Positions 52,752 to 64,000 of a stretch of DNA of 64,000 nt are shown piece by piece. Location of the stretch: the NCBI RefSeq assembly GCF_016432865.1, contig NC_067398.1, forward strand, positions 109,678,001-109,742,000. The letters run 5' to 3'. The notes below the pieces were generated by a model, which worked only from the letters and a program-made list of their open reading frames with translations, was not told the origin of the DNA and did not search any database. Source of the stretch: Antechinus flavipes (lineage: Eukaryota). Position 1 is the first letter of the stretch, and every line of letters begins with the position of its first letter. The translations under genes were made by a program, and so were the position numbers.

Positions 52752-53729
52752 CTCGCTCCCCGGAGCTGACGGGGCTGACTGAGGGAGGGAGGGAGGGAAG
52801 GGGGAGAGGGAGGAGAGGGAAGGGGATGGGGAGGAGGGAGGGAGGAAGGAAGGAAGGGAGGCGGGCCGAAGGGAAAGGGGGGGCCCACCGGAGACCCGCC
52901 CCTGGCCCCGCCCCTTCCTTCGGCCGCACGGTGCGTCAGCACGCCTCAAGCGTCGTAATGGCGAGGAGGGAGTGACAACGTGGGGGGAAGCAGGTGAGTG
53001 TGTGCGTTCTCCTGTGTGCCCGCCCCTCGCAATTACGCCTATGAGTCTCGCGAGTAGGCCCCGCGACCTGAAGGCTTCAGTGCGCATGCGCCATTGGCCG
53101 TATCCTCTGGCCGCTTTCTCTTTGTGTTAACTTGTAAATCACTTTTTCTTTTCCTTTCTCCGTTGTTTAGTGTGTAGTAGTATTACATTAATAAATGATT
53201 GGTTTCTAATTCCTTTATAAAGTGAGGTTAAACCTCGAACTACTAATATACCTCTCAGGAGTACTGAATGGAAAATAACACTGCTGATTACAAGAAAAAA
53301 AACTCGAGAGCTCCGTTAAAAGCATCTGAGGAGCATCAGCACCCGGATAAGGTCGAACTAGTGCAAGTATCTAAGTGTAATTAGCAAACGCATGTCAGGT
53401 AGTGCGCGGCTTCCTTCGTGGTCCCCTCTTTCCCGTTGGTGGGATCCTCAGATGGGGACCCGGGAAGAAAGAGGGCGGAATCTCTCTCCTGTACTTGACT
53501 CAAAGTGATAGAATTCGTGCAAAAATACCTCCTATCACTTTGAGAGCCCAGTTGAGAGTTTAGGGCGAAAACTTAGGGTGACTCTAACTGAGGAGGGGTC
53601 CAAATCAAACCACGAACATTTATTTGGCTCCACTTACGTACTTGACCCGGAGAATACAAAAACACCCATTAAAAAAAAAATGCCTTCGTGGAATCTTATA
53701 GTTTACCTAGAAAAAGAATTTGTAAATAT

Positions 53730-54260
53730 GTATGTCCAAAGTAAGGCTAGGTTACAGGAGTGGGAAGGGTTACAAGTCTGTAGCAGAGGGAGCATGAGCT
53801 GATCCTTAAAGGAAAATGGGGATTCTAAGAACCGTAAGAAAGGAATGCATTTCAAGCACTCTCCTGCCAGGAGGTAGGAAATAAGAGTGCCATATGTGAA
53901 GATCCAACAAAAGGCCAATTTGGTCCGACTGCACCGCAAAGTGTAAAGAATGGATGGTAGAGATGAAGGATTTGAGGTAGAGTCCAAATGAAGGGTGATG
54001 AGAGTCTGAATTGGAATGATGGCTGTCAGTGGAAAGAAAAGGGGGAAAAGGGAAAAGATGTGTGGAAGTAAAAACAAATGTTGACTAGTGACTGACTATA
54101 TAAGGTCAAATCAAATTAACATATTTACTATGTGCCAAGTACTGTAATTAGTAGTTGGTGCAATCAAGAGATTGGAAATGTCATCAACATAGACCTAGTA
54201 ACCAAATCCATGTGTGCTGCTGAGATCAAAAGGAGAGTGGAAAAAGAAAAGAGGGTATAG
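53730..54260 (-). mobile_element. L2 fragment
   Basis: taaggctaggttacaggagtgg...ggaaaatggggattctaag...ggaatgatggctgtcagtgg. Confidence 0.6.
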
Positions 54261-55133
54261 TCTATTAAGTCCAAGATTGATCCAAGATTAGAAGTAACTG
54301 GAGGGGTAATGTATAATAATAATGATATTTGTATTGTTCTTTAAGATTATTTCTTATTTGATCCTCACAACAACCCTATTTGTGTCCAGACAAGCAAACT
54401 GAGGCTGTCAGAAATTAAATGACATGATATCCCCCATGGAAGGAATCAGCAAGCACTAACATTCACAGATACTGTATTCACAGAAGCACAAGAATGTTAG
54501 AACTGCAAAATCCCTTTGAGAGGCAGTGTTCTATAACCATGGGAAAGACATAATCATAAGATTTGGATTTGGAAGGTATATAAACAACTATCTAATTCAG
54601 GGTAGAAAACATCTGGTCCCTGAATTTTGTAAAGTCTGTAAAATCATTTGCTAAGGCAACTGCAGGCAATGATGAGCTGATAGCTCCATCTGATAATTTC
54701 TTACTGCTTGAGTTATATAAATTGATAATTTTATTTGGCCCATGAATGATGTTATAAATATCCAAATGGCCCTTGGCAAAAAAATAAATAAATAAATAAA
54801 GCTCCCCACTCTTGATGTAGGACGATCCACTCATTTTAGGTTTTAGGAAATTGAGAGCCAGAGGAGAAAAAGTAATTTTCTTAGTCACTCAGCCAGTAAT
54901 CAGTAGAGCTAATCATTCAAAAACTAACCATCAAATATCTAATGATTTTTGCTTAACTCATTGTACTTTTCATCATTTCAGGCTACCTTCTCAATTTCTA
55001 GTAAATAACTAAAGAAAAGATGTTACTCTCTTCTGCTTCCATGTTCCCACAAAAATGGCAAAGCTAAGCCAGAAAGATGTCCCTTTTGGCTCACAAAAAT
55101 TCTACCAAAACTTTAGCAACAAATCTTCATAGG

Positions 55134-55498
55134 TGTGAGAATTGGATGAACGTTTAGTTTCCACAGAATTATGCTCTTGCTGCTAGTCCTTTGCCTCTGC
55201 CAGCTTCAGCCTCTAGCTCCCCTTTGAATGTCTCCAGCCAGCAAAAAAGTTGAAAATGGAATAAATCTGTCTCCACCTCCGAGAGTGGGCTTGTGCTCTC
55301 TGACTTGTGAATGTCTGGGACTGAATCCTGGTTGAGGCTCCTAGATTATATATGCTCTTTTAAAGGTGTGAATCTTGTAGAACTCTAATAAGTACTAAAT
55401 TTATTAGTGAACTAGAGAACTGTTAAATACCATGCTAAATTAGATAATTATTGTCTCTATCAATTCCAGTGACTTAGCACCCTGTAAGAATTCTTACA
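55134..55498 (-). mobile_element. Solo LTR
   Basis: Near-inverted termini TGTGAGAATT...AATTCTTACA; tatatatgctctttt TATA-like on minus; orientation tentative. Confidence 0.7.
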
Positions 55499-56829
55499 GG
55501 GATTCACACTCATTTAGGGGGAATTAAGTGCTCCAGATAGGCTGTAACCTCTGTAGTATCCAGCTAATAAGAGGAGGGACTTGTATTTCAGAACAGGGTA
55601 AAAAAAATTATGCTTTGATGTTTTTAAGGAGTGTGCCTCCTCCTTCCAGACACCCATTTTTGCAAGATCATGAATTAAGAACTTTTCTTGGTTTTATCAG
55701 CAAGTCTACAGAGTTATTGACATACAAGATTCATGTCTCTTATATAGGCAGGATTTTTTTTTATTCTTCAAGTAGCAAGGAAACTAGTGATTCAATCCCT
55801 AATCCCTTGGACCAAGCAAAATCCAAGAGCACCTTATACCATTTACAGAAAACCAACCTATATAAAATGCTCTATATAAAATTAGTGCTTTTCTTATCAT
55901 ATCCCATCCCTTAGTGGCAATGTTCCAATGTTTTAAAAGAACTCTTCCACTTCTAAAATGATTTTTAAGCATTTCTGACCTCAGGAAGAAGCCTAGCATA
56001 AGCAATACAAGAGCATAATACAAATAATAAAAACAAAAAATACTACAAAAAGTCCTTTAAAAACTAATGCATGCAATAGAGTTGATAAAAGCAGCATCAG
56101 AAATATCAGGACCACACCTTTAATGACAACTCTTTTAATTCCATTTCCAAATCCTATCACAGGTCAGGATTACTTTGTACCGAGCTAAGTAAAAGATCAT
56201 AAGCCTGCCCTCTAATTCCTGAATGTTCTTGAAATTAAGTTAAGGAAAAACCTAGAAAGGTAAATGATATATTTTATATATATGATATAATATATTAGAG
56301 AATATATGTTGCAGGAGGAGAAATAGAACAGCTAGTCATCTTATGTTAACATCCAACAGATAGTTGGAAATGTAGAACTGAAGGACATGTGAGATACAAA
56401 TTTGAAAGTTGTTTACTTGTGTATCAGTAATATCTGAAGCCATGAGAGTAGCCTTCTTAATTATAAGATCCAAGAATGTATCGAAGAAGGAAGTTATATG
56501 TCACTTATCATTGAAATATAGTTTTGATCAAACTCAAATAGAAACAGAGTCACTAAACCACTTTTATAAAGATCCCCCAGGATCATATATTGACTTTGAA
56601 AACCACATATAAACATTATCTATGTTCTATTGAATTTATAATTTGTTAAATATTTTCTAATTAGATTTTGTGGGGTTTTTGATACCTCCGTTTTAAATTA
56701 TAAATCATAGGATCACATAGCACTTAGTATAGAATGACTGGTACCAGGTAAGTACTTAATAAATGTTTCTTTTCCAACACATTTCTAAGGGAATGGCTGA
56801 AATTCAACCAACTGGCTGACTCCAGAGGC

Positions 56830-57800
56830 AGTGCTCTTTATACTAAAGACCCATGCAGGACTGGATGGTTTGGGCTGGGTTTTTAAAAGAAAGATTGACT
56901 CACTTGGAGGGGGGATTTTTCTTTAGCTTGATTACTTTCCCTGACTGACTTATCTTTCTGAGTCCCACTTGCAAGATTATCACCCTTGCTCTACCTGCTA
57001 TGCATGAGTCTTTCAAGCTTCTCTTTGAGCCCTTTTTACTTTTTTGCCTACTTGATCCACTCTCACTCCATCTCCCATATCCAAACAGTAGCCATATCTT
57101 TTCTAGTCCCCTTTCTTCATTCTTATGGGATCTTTCCAACTCCATTGAGACTACTCTAATAGCTTCCTAATAGATATTTCCTTCTAATAGGTCCTCTTCC
57201 TCCATCATGTCCTCTCTCCAAATCTATCCACCCAGCTTCTGAATTGATATTCCTAAAGCTCAAGTCTCAAGAAGTCACTCCCCTGTTCGAGAAGCTTCTA
57301 TACTTCTTTCTTGCCTTATGGATAAAATACACACTCAGCTGTTTGGCATTTAAAACTCTTCACCATTTGGATCCAGACTTTTCCCATCATTCTTCATCAC
57401 TTAATTGTTCTCCTATCAAACTGGTCTACTATGTATAATATCTAATCTCCCATCTCTTGTCTATTTGCACTTTGCTTTCTATAGTTGAAAATTTTTTCTT
57501 TCTTATCTGTGCTGTTTGGAACATCTGTCTCCCTTCAAGGATAAACTCAAATCCCATCTTCTGATTTATATCAGTTTGACCTTCCTTCCTCTCCTTTACC
57601 TAGTTATCATTCATTTTTATTCATGGTAATACACATATTTATTTTGTACATATTCTGTGGTTTTTCTTTGTCAACATGTAATATCTCCTAGTAGAATATA
57701 AATTTCTTGAAGTCAGTGACTATTGTGTTTTTGTATTTTTTATGTCCACTACCTAGCATAGTACCTGACCATAATAGATGTTTTATGAATATTTGTTGTT
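56830..57800 (+). mobile_element. L2 fragments (antisense ORF2 piece plus 3' end)
   Basis: ccacccagcttctgaattgatattcctaaagctcaagtct...ggataaaatacacactc...tagaatataaatttcttgaagtcagtgact...cctagcatagtacctgac. Confidence 0.7.
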
Positions 57801-58514
57801 TGGCTGATGAAATGAATTAAGAACTTTTATAAAAGAATTAGGCATTTTTTATTTGTATCCAGGAGAAATGTATTATATGTAATAAACAAATAGTTATGTC
57901 CCCAGAATGTTCAGATGAGCCTTGAAAATAAACAGATTCTTAATTACTTCAGATGCCAGACATTTTGGGCAGAGCTAATAATTATATACTCTTTGTCACC
58001 AAGCCTTATTTTTTAGTCATAAGGTTGTTTGTTAAAAACCAGTATATGTTGCAAAGCTCCCTTCTCTGATGAAGATCATAGGTATAAACACCACAGGTAT
58101 ATATAGACCAAGAAATAGCAAACATTTTAGGATATCTTCAACACTTAAAGGATTAAATATCTTTTTTGAATGTTCTTCCACTGTTCAAATACATCCCTCT
58201 GGTGGTCAAGCCATTTAGTGGCAGAAATACCTGCTTAACTATTCATTGCTTTATGATTTCTAAGAATTTATTGAAATAATTTGCTTTTATAGCTTTTTCC
58301 ATTGTGAATTCTTTAATAAAAATTCTTGAGTTTGGGAAGTCTGAAGTGAATCAAGTCAAAGTAAACTCAGAACCAATGTGGTAATCCCTCAATGTATGAA
58401 ACTACTAGACTGCCTAAGGAGGGCCATAGCAGCTCAGGTCAGAAGAGTATCAAAGCACTTTTGTAATCAATAAAATTGCGTTTTCTGTGGATGGCCATTG
58501 TACTTTTCACCTAG

Positions 58515-58692
58515 AGAGGGGAAAAAAAGGAAAGAAAGAAGGAAGAAAGAAAAGAATGAAGGAAGGGAAGAGAAGAAAGGCGGGAGGGAAGGAGAAAAGA
58601 AAGGAAGAAAAAAGGGAAGGAAAAGAAGGAAGGAGGAATAGAAAAAGGGAGGAAGGGAAGAAAGAAGGAAGAAGAAAAGAAAGAAAGAAAAA
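58515..58692. repeat. Polypurine (GGAA/GAAA)n low-complexity tract
   Basis: About 180 nt almost only A/G. Confidence 0.95.
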
Positions 58693-60359
58693 TTGAAATT
58701 GTGTTTTATACATGGTATGTTGATGGCAACATGAAGAACACAGGAATCCTGCTGGACATAGAGACAGGCCAGGATTCAAATCTGGGCTTAACCCCTTTCT
58801 AATTATATGAATTCAGGCAAGTCACTTAATCTTTCTAAGATTTATTTCCTATATCTTTAAAATGGCAATAATATAATTTAAGCTCCCTATCATAGTTTTA
58901 TGGTGAAGCTCAAAATGATATATAATATAGTCCTTTATAATTATAAATTACTGGTAAATATAAGCTATTAACCAACAAGCAGCAACCTAACCTTTAGGTC
59001 TTCATTTTTTAGCTCAAGAATTAAAAATTCACACCAGGGTAAGTACTTCACTTCATGCAACTATTTTAAATAATAAAACAACTGCATTATGCTATTGCAT
59101 TATTACCATTCCCATAGTGGCGATGCTTTCTGTATTTCTTCCAGAATAGTTGGTTTTCATGTGAATTACTGGAAATGGGTGGTCATCATCAGGTCTGACA
59201 TGTCATTGAAGTCTCTCTATCCTGTCCTAGATACATGTCTTGAGAAGGCTGCCAACCTTTCTATTGTCAGCCAATATTTCAATTTTTTCCCTTTGTAAAT
59301 GTGGATATTAATGCTTTCAGTCGTGACTCAAAGAGTTGTTGGGAGAAAAGGTTTACAAGTACTATAGAAATATGTATTATTATTATGACTACATGCAAGT
59401 TGTACTATTCTAAAAAAATTTGTATTGCCAAGTTCCCCATAGGCATCTAAATATCTTAGTCTTGCAGTGTTTACAACTTTTAGACAATTTCAATAAATAG
59501 GACTGTCTTTAAAAAAAAAAAAAAAGTGAGCAACTTTTTTTCATTAGAATGAAAAATTATCATATAGAATTTTCATTGGAAATTAATGTGCTGGTCTGAT
59601 GTCAATTCAGTTCCATATAATAGTTATGCATAAGGCACTATGCTAGGGGCTAGAAGAACATACCTTATTTAAAAGGAACACGATAGGTAGGATAAAAACA
59701 AAATAGATTCTATACCTAAGAAGTTAACATTATATAACATGATGCAATGAAGAAAGTCCTGAACTTGGTGTCACTGGATGTGAGTTCAAATTCTGGCTTT
59801 TATACTTATCTGTGAAACCATGGGCAAGTTACTTGAGTTCTGGCCTTACTTGCCCCTTCTATAAATCAATAGAATTGAATTAGATGACTTTTAAGGTCCA
59901 TTCTAGCTCTAGATCTATCATGCTTATCTCCTACTGGGGTGAAGCAACATGTATTCCTACACATAAATACAAAATATGTAGAGCATTGATCCAAAGTAAT
60001 TTTTAAGATATTGAGGGTGGGTGGAAATGGGCTTAACAGTTAAAGGAATTAGTAAAATCCTTTTGTATAAAATGGTTCGTGAACTGAATCTTGAAGTGAT
60101 CTAGGAATTCTAAAAGAAAATAAGCAATAGGAACATTATAGATATGCAGGATATTCTATACAAAAGCATGGAGGGTGGGAGATTTAATGTCATATATCAT
60201 AGACATCAAGAGGGCCTATTTCCCTATGTGAGAAATACTGAAAAGTTAAGTTTCTACACAGTGTTGCCAGCTTCAAGGTAGTATAGGATATTGGTTTTCA
60301 GAATGTGAGAGATTAAGGGAGGTTAAGATTCACAGAAAAATTAAGTGATCAATAGAAGC

Positions 60360-61075
60360 CTTGAGCAAACAAGGAATTGGGGAGCTAGGAAGGTACAGGA
60401 GGATTCAGCCAATCAGTGTCTTGTGGTTTTGAGAAAACCACAAATTTAAGATAATAGCCAATCCAGCCTTAACTAGTTGGGGTCAGTAACCTGACCTGAC
60501 CAAATCATTATTGGGCCTGCTTAATAGGCTAATTGAATATTAAACAACACATCCCAGAGGAGGAGTTTTCTGCCTTTTTGAACATGGGATGTATGACAAA
60601 AGAGGGGGAACATGTATAAATTTAGGAGTTAACATATAGTGGGCATATCAGAAAGATTATAATCTGGAAGAGAAGTTCTCAGTGGTTCTCAAAGTATGGT
60701 CTAGAGAATCCTGGGGATCTCTGAAACCCTTTTAGAAGGTCTACAAATTCAAAAATAGTTTTTATTTCTAATATGATAAATGTCTACAAATATAATCCAG
60801 ATAAACAAAAACACTTTGGAGAGATCATCAATAATTTTTAGTAGAATAAATATACTGAAAACAAAAGTTTGAGAACCACTGGAACAGACCAATCCATTCT
60901 CTGAAGGGAAGGGCTGTGCCAAACTAACAAGTATAAAGCTTCTGATTCTGTGCTTAATGCTCCCTCTTCCTCAGAAGGAGCCCACTTCTGACCTGAAGAC
61001 GATTCCTTAAAATTGTTCTTTAATAAATTTTCCTTGATATCTGATTTTCAGCATCAAGTGTATTTAAAACACATA
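60360..61075 (+). mobile_element. LTR-like element interrupted by a hAT MITE
   Basis: Several CCAAT motifs, gtataaagc TATA ~60930, AATAAA ~61023, ends aaaacaca. Confidence 0.5.
60680..60881. mobile_element. hAT-Charlie MITE, 202 bp, MER5-type TIRs
   Basis: Perfect 14-bp TIRs CAGTGGTTCTCAAA ... TTTGAGAACCACTG; 8-bp TSD not recognisable. Confidence 0.88.
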
Positions 61076-61419
61076 GAACTTAGAATGAATGAAATGGAAT
61101 ATGTGAAAGTAAATCAGAAAGTTAAAATACTAGATTGTGAAAGACTATAAATACTAAGCTGAGGGGTTTATAATTTATCCTAGAATCAATAGGGAGCTAC
61201 TAAAATTTATTGATCAGAGGAATGACATGTTCATAGACATTCAGATTACATGACATGTTCAAAACTACATTAAACATACAGATTACATCTCTAAAGTAAG
61301 CTCCCTTTAAAAGGGAAAAAAGTATACACTGAAAAAATAAAACTGATTATAGACCAAACTCAAGCTTTGTGCAAATCTAATGAGCAGAAAAACCTGTTTG
61401 ATATTTCTCCCATATTTAA

Positions 61420-61563
61420 TATATATTGGACTACTTACCATCTAGGGGAGTGCATGGAGGAAGGGGAGTGGAATTGGAACACAAGGTTTTGCAAGGACTA
61501 ATGTTAATGAATTGTCCATGCATGTTTTGAAAAAGAAAAAACTTTAATGAAGGGGAAAAAAAA
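61420..61563 (+). mobile_element. Short young L1 3' end
   Basis: tatattggactacttaccatctagggg...ggaacacaaggttttgcaagg...A tail. Confidence 0.8.
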
Positions 61564-61766
61564 GTTTGGACCAGTAGAATACATATCCAAAAGAACTTGC
61601 AATTTTTACATGATTCATATTTTCTGAAGCACACAAAAGACATGTTGGTATTTCTTCATGTTGACTATAATTGTTTTTTAATGATAAAAAGCAAATCTTA
61701 ATTAAAGAGACTAAAACCTGGATCATTATTTATTCTCTGTTGTTATCTTCAATCTTCCTGGACCCT

Positions 61767-62881
61767 AGAGAAAGGGGTTTGCAGATCTTCACCGAAGATG
61801 CTATAACTAGAGCTATCTTGAGATTAATAAATATTTTTGGAATTCCTTAATCTAGTGAAATTACATAATTCATATGCTCTCAAGAATATTTTCTTGTTTT
61901 TAACTTTTTTCTCTCAGAATTATCTAAAGGGGACTCTTGATAAGGATTAGACCTTTAGAAAATCCCAAGGGGTCATTTAAAACTCAGACATATAACCCAT
62001 CTAGGTAAACAAGCATGCTGTTATTTAGGTCATGAATAAAATGTTGATTTACATACCACAGCTCTTCATTACATAAGACCCACTTTAAACAGTGAAACAA
62101 TTTTCCTGAATTTTGTTTAACTGCATTATAACCACTACTGTAATTATAAAGAAAAAATATCCGGACATCCTAGTGGGGGGAAAGGCAAATGTTTTGCTTG
62201 CTTCTAAGTCTTTGTTCATTGTCTTATCAAAAGGAATACCTGCTCTTTATATAGACATATATACAAAAAGGACAGATGGATGGTTACTAAAGGCTGTAGG
62301 TTTCTTTCTTTTTTGTGTTAAACCTTTTGTTCTATAGCTAATTTATTTATAGTTTTAAAAGCCTAGAAGATGGAATGAAAATATGTAGAAAGTGGAGAGG
62401 CATATACAGAAAACTAAAGTTCAAAGAAGAGAGATCACTTGGTCAGTCACACAGGTAATAAGTACCAAAACCGAAATTTAAACCCAGTTTGTCCCCCTCC
62501 CTCTCCAGATCCAATATACTTTCTGTTCTAGCAATTTGATAAAAGGCAGAAAGAATTTTATGAATATATATGTAATTTTTATTCCTAATCTCCCCATTCA
62601 ACCTTTCACTTTATCTTTTGGGTTTAAAGAAAAAGTTAGAAGAGAAAGGGGACTTGCAGGCCTCCACAAGAAAATGCTAGAACTCGAACTTCCTTCACAT
62701 CAGTAAGTATTTTTGGAATTCCTTAATCTAGCGAAATTATATGGTTCGTATGCTCCCAGGAATATATATATATATATTTTAACATTTTCTCTTTCTTTTT
62801 CAGAATTATCCAAAGGGGGACTCTTGGTAAGAACGAAAACTTTTGGAAAATCTCAAGGGATCATTAAAAACCAGCCATATA
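61767..62881 (+). repeat. Diverged ~230-bp direct repeat pair (61767-61994 and 62641-62881) with exon-intron-microexon signals
   Basis: Shared blocks agagaaagggg, tatttttggaattccttaatctag, cagaattatc.aaaggggga.ctcttg, gaaaat.caaggg.tcatt; identity roughly three-quarters by eye. Confidence 0.85.
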
Positions 62882-63147
62882 GTATATAAATAGTGGGTGG
62901 ATCCTGCTCAGCTTTTCCTGTGTTACTAAAAAATCTTTTCACCCTCTGGGATAATGCTGTAAAGGAATAGCTGGCCTTCTCTAAAACAAAAACACATTTT
63001 TCAACTCAAAATATTTGAAATCCTATATGCCTTACATCTCATACAAAATAAATAATATTTTGGGAGTATTTATGTTGTGTTCTAAAACCAATAATAATGT
63101 TGTAGCAAATCAGAGAATAGATAACTAGCATAGCAATGCGATTTTTT

Positions 63148-63316
63148 TAAATTAATATTTTATTTTATTTTATAATAACTTTATATTGACAGAATCCATG
63201 CCAGGATAATTTTTTTATAACATTATCCCTTGCACTAGCTTCTGTTCCGATTTTTCCCCTCCCTCCCTTCACCCCATCCCCTAGATGGCAAGCAGTTCTA
63301 TATATGTGAGATATGT
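63148..63316 (-). mobile_element. 5'-truncated young L1 with 19-bp TSD, inside an older L1 3' end
   Basis: CATAGCAATGCGATTTTTT at 63129-63147 and 63317-63335 flank ataactttatattgacagaatccatgccagg...ccctagatggcaagcag. Confidence 0.9.
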
Positions 63317-64000
63317 CATAGCAATGCGATTTTTTAAAAAAATGGATAAAAACATGTATAACCAATATCAGATTGCTTAACATTTCAAGGAGGGGAGAAG
63401 AGAAGAAGGGAGGGAAAGAATTTGAAACTTAAAACTTAAAAAGAAAAAAAGAATGTTAAAATTATTTTCATAAATAATATATTTTTTAAATGAACAGAGA
63501 AGTTTATGAGACAAATAGGCATCTTGCTGATGCCTGCTACTTTTCTTTTCAAGATGTTCTCCCTAGCTAACTGCAAACATCTCTAGATCAGGACCAAGAC
63601 TACAAACTTCTTTTCCTATCTTTTTTCCAGATCTTAGATTTGTTTACCCTTTGAACCTAGGCTTGACTCCACTGGGCATCCTGTTTATTCTCTTTGTCCA
63701 TGACTTAAACTGTGACCTAATTCTCAGTGGGGTGGAGTTCTTTCCTCTGGGCTACTTAATTATCCTCAAATCATCTGTTTGCTCTTTGGAGGGGATGAAT
63801 TAGACTCACTGTATATATAATTGTTCTTATACTAAATTCATCAATGATTAAGAAGGATTACTTATAAGATTACTTATATGTCATACTATGGTGAAATATG
63901 AAGGGACCATGGAGATCATCTACTTCATACTCTTCATTAAATGATGAAATAGTTGAAACAAATTCCAAAATCAATACTATCTCTTTTAGCTGAGAATTTA

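Larger units (their letters stand above)
1..52800 (-). other. RIC1: RIC1 gene, 5' portion: intron 1 = 25280-52375, intron 2 = 12241-25171, intron 3 runs off the left edge; TSS approximate
   Basis: Three consecutive in-frame exons with canonical GT-AG sites; the next RIC1 segment (GSPQMKG... in human) not found in 1-12160. Confidence 0.9.
52230..53480. promoter_or_regulatory. RIC1: CpG island / RIC1 promoter
   Basis: Only strongly GC- and CpG-rich segment. GC boxes (CCCGCCCC near 52896, 52907, 53020), BANP/ZBTB33-type TCTCGCGAG 53046-53054, NRF1 palindrome GCGCATGCGC 53082-53091, CCAAT (minus) 53093-53097, CRE half-site near 52935. Confidence 0.92.

Noticed and set aside
52236-53087. Long overlapping ORFs (283, 175, 139, 116, 98 aa) on both strands
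   Set aside because: Expected in stop-poor CpG-island DNA; low-complexity Pro/Gly/Arg, mostly non-ATG starts. Only RIC1 exon 1 and the short uORF are supported.
53140-53160. ISRE-like TTTC repeats near the promoter
   Set aside because: Spacing does not fit TTTCNNTTTC well; simple pyrimidine run.
56740-56765. Strong plus-strand donor CAG|GTAAGT
   Set aside because: Part of the common L2/MIR 3'-end motif (gtaagtacttaataaat); no acceptor context.
62643-62826. 60-nt plus 23-nt exon sizes recall the PD-L1 cytoplasmic exons
   Set aside because: Wrong strand for synteny, no sequence similarity, and the 23-nt piece ends in a donor rather than a stop.
53500-64000. Possible PDCD1LG2 (PD-L2) 3' exons upstream of RIC1
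   Set aside because: No minus-strand Ig, transmembrane or cytoplasmic exon recognisable in this window.

Overview
Mammalian genomic DNA, most likely a dasyurid marsupial (Tasmanian devil/dunnart/antechinus type), judged from the WSINE1, MAR1, marsupial L1/HAL1 and L3/CR1 repeat content. The window holds the 5' part of RIC1 (KIAA1432, subunit of the RIC1-RGP1 RAB6A GEF) on the minus strand: a CpG-island promoter near 52.2-53.5 kb and coding exons 1 (52376-52519), 2 (25172-25279) and 3 (12161-12240). I did not find exon 4, so it probably lies left of the window. The rest is intronic or upstream DNA rich in SINEs, LINEs, solo LTRs and hAT MITEs, and most ORF-track entries are spurious. Repeat family names are from memory of consensus sequences, and boundaries are approximate unless termini or TSDs are quoted. 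Most notable: (1) a 1108-bp tandem duplication between (CA)n tracts beside exon 2, in which I saw no differences between copies; (2) a tail-less internal L1 fragment inserted with a 14-bp TSD; (3) a 23-codon uORF in the probable RIC1 leader; (4) a candidate 30-nt in-frame RIC1 microexon; (5) several plus-strand splice signals (52993, 59013-59038, and a duplicated exon/101-nt intron/23-nt microexon module at 61.8-62.9 kb) suggesting an unannotated transcript diverging from the RIC1 promoter, by human synteny toward PD-L2/PD-L1. No prokaryotic-type systems or endogenous viral ORFs were recognised.
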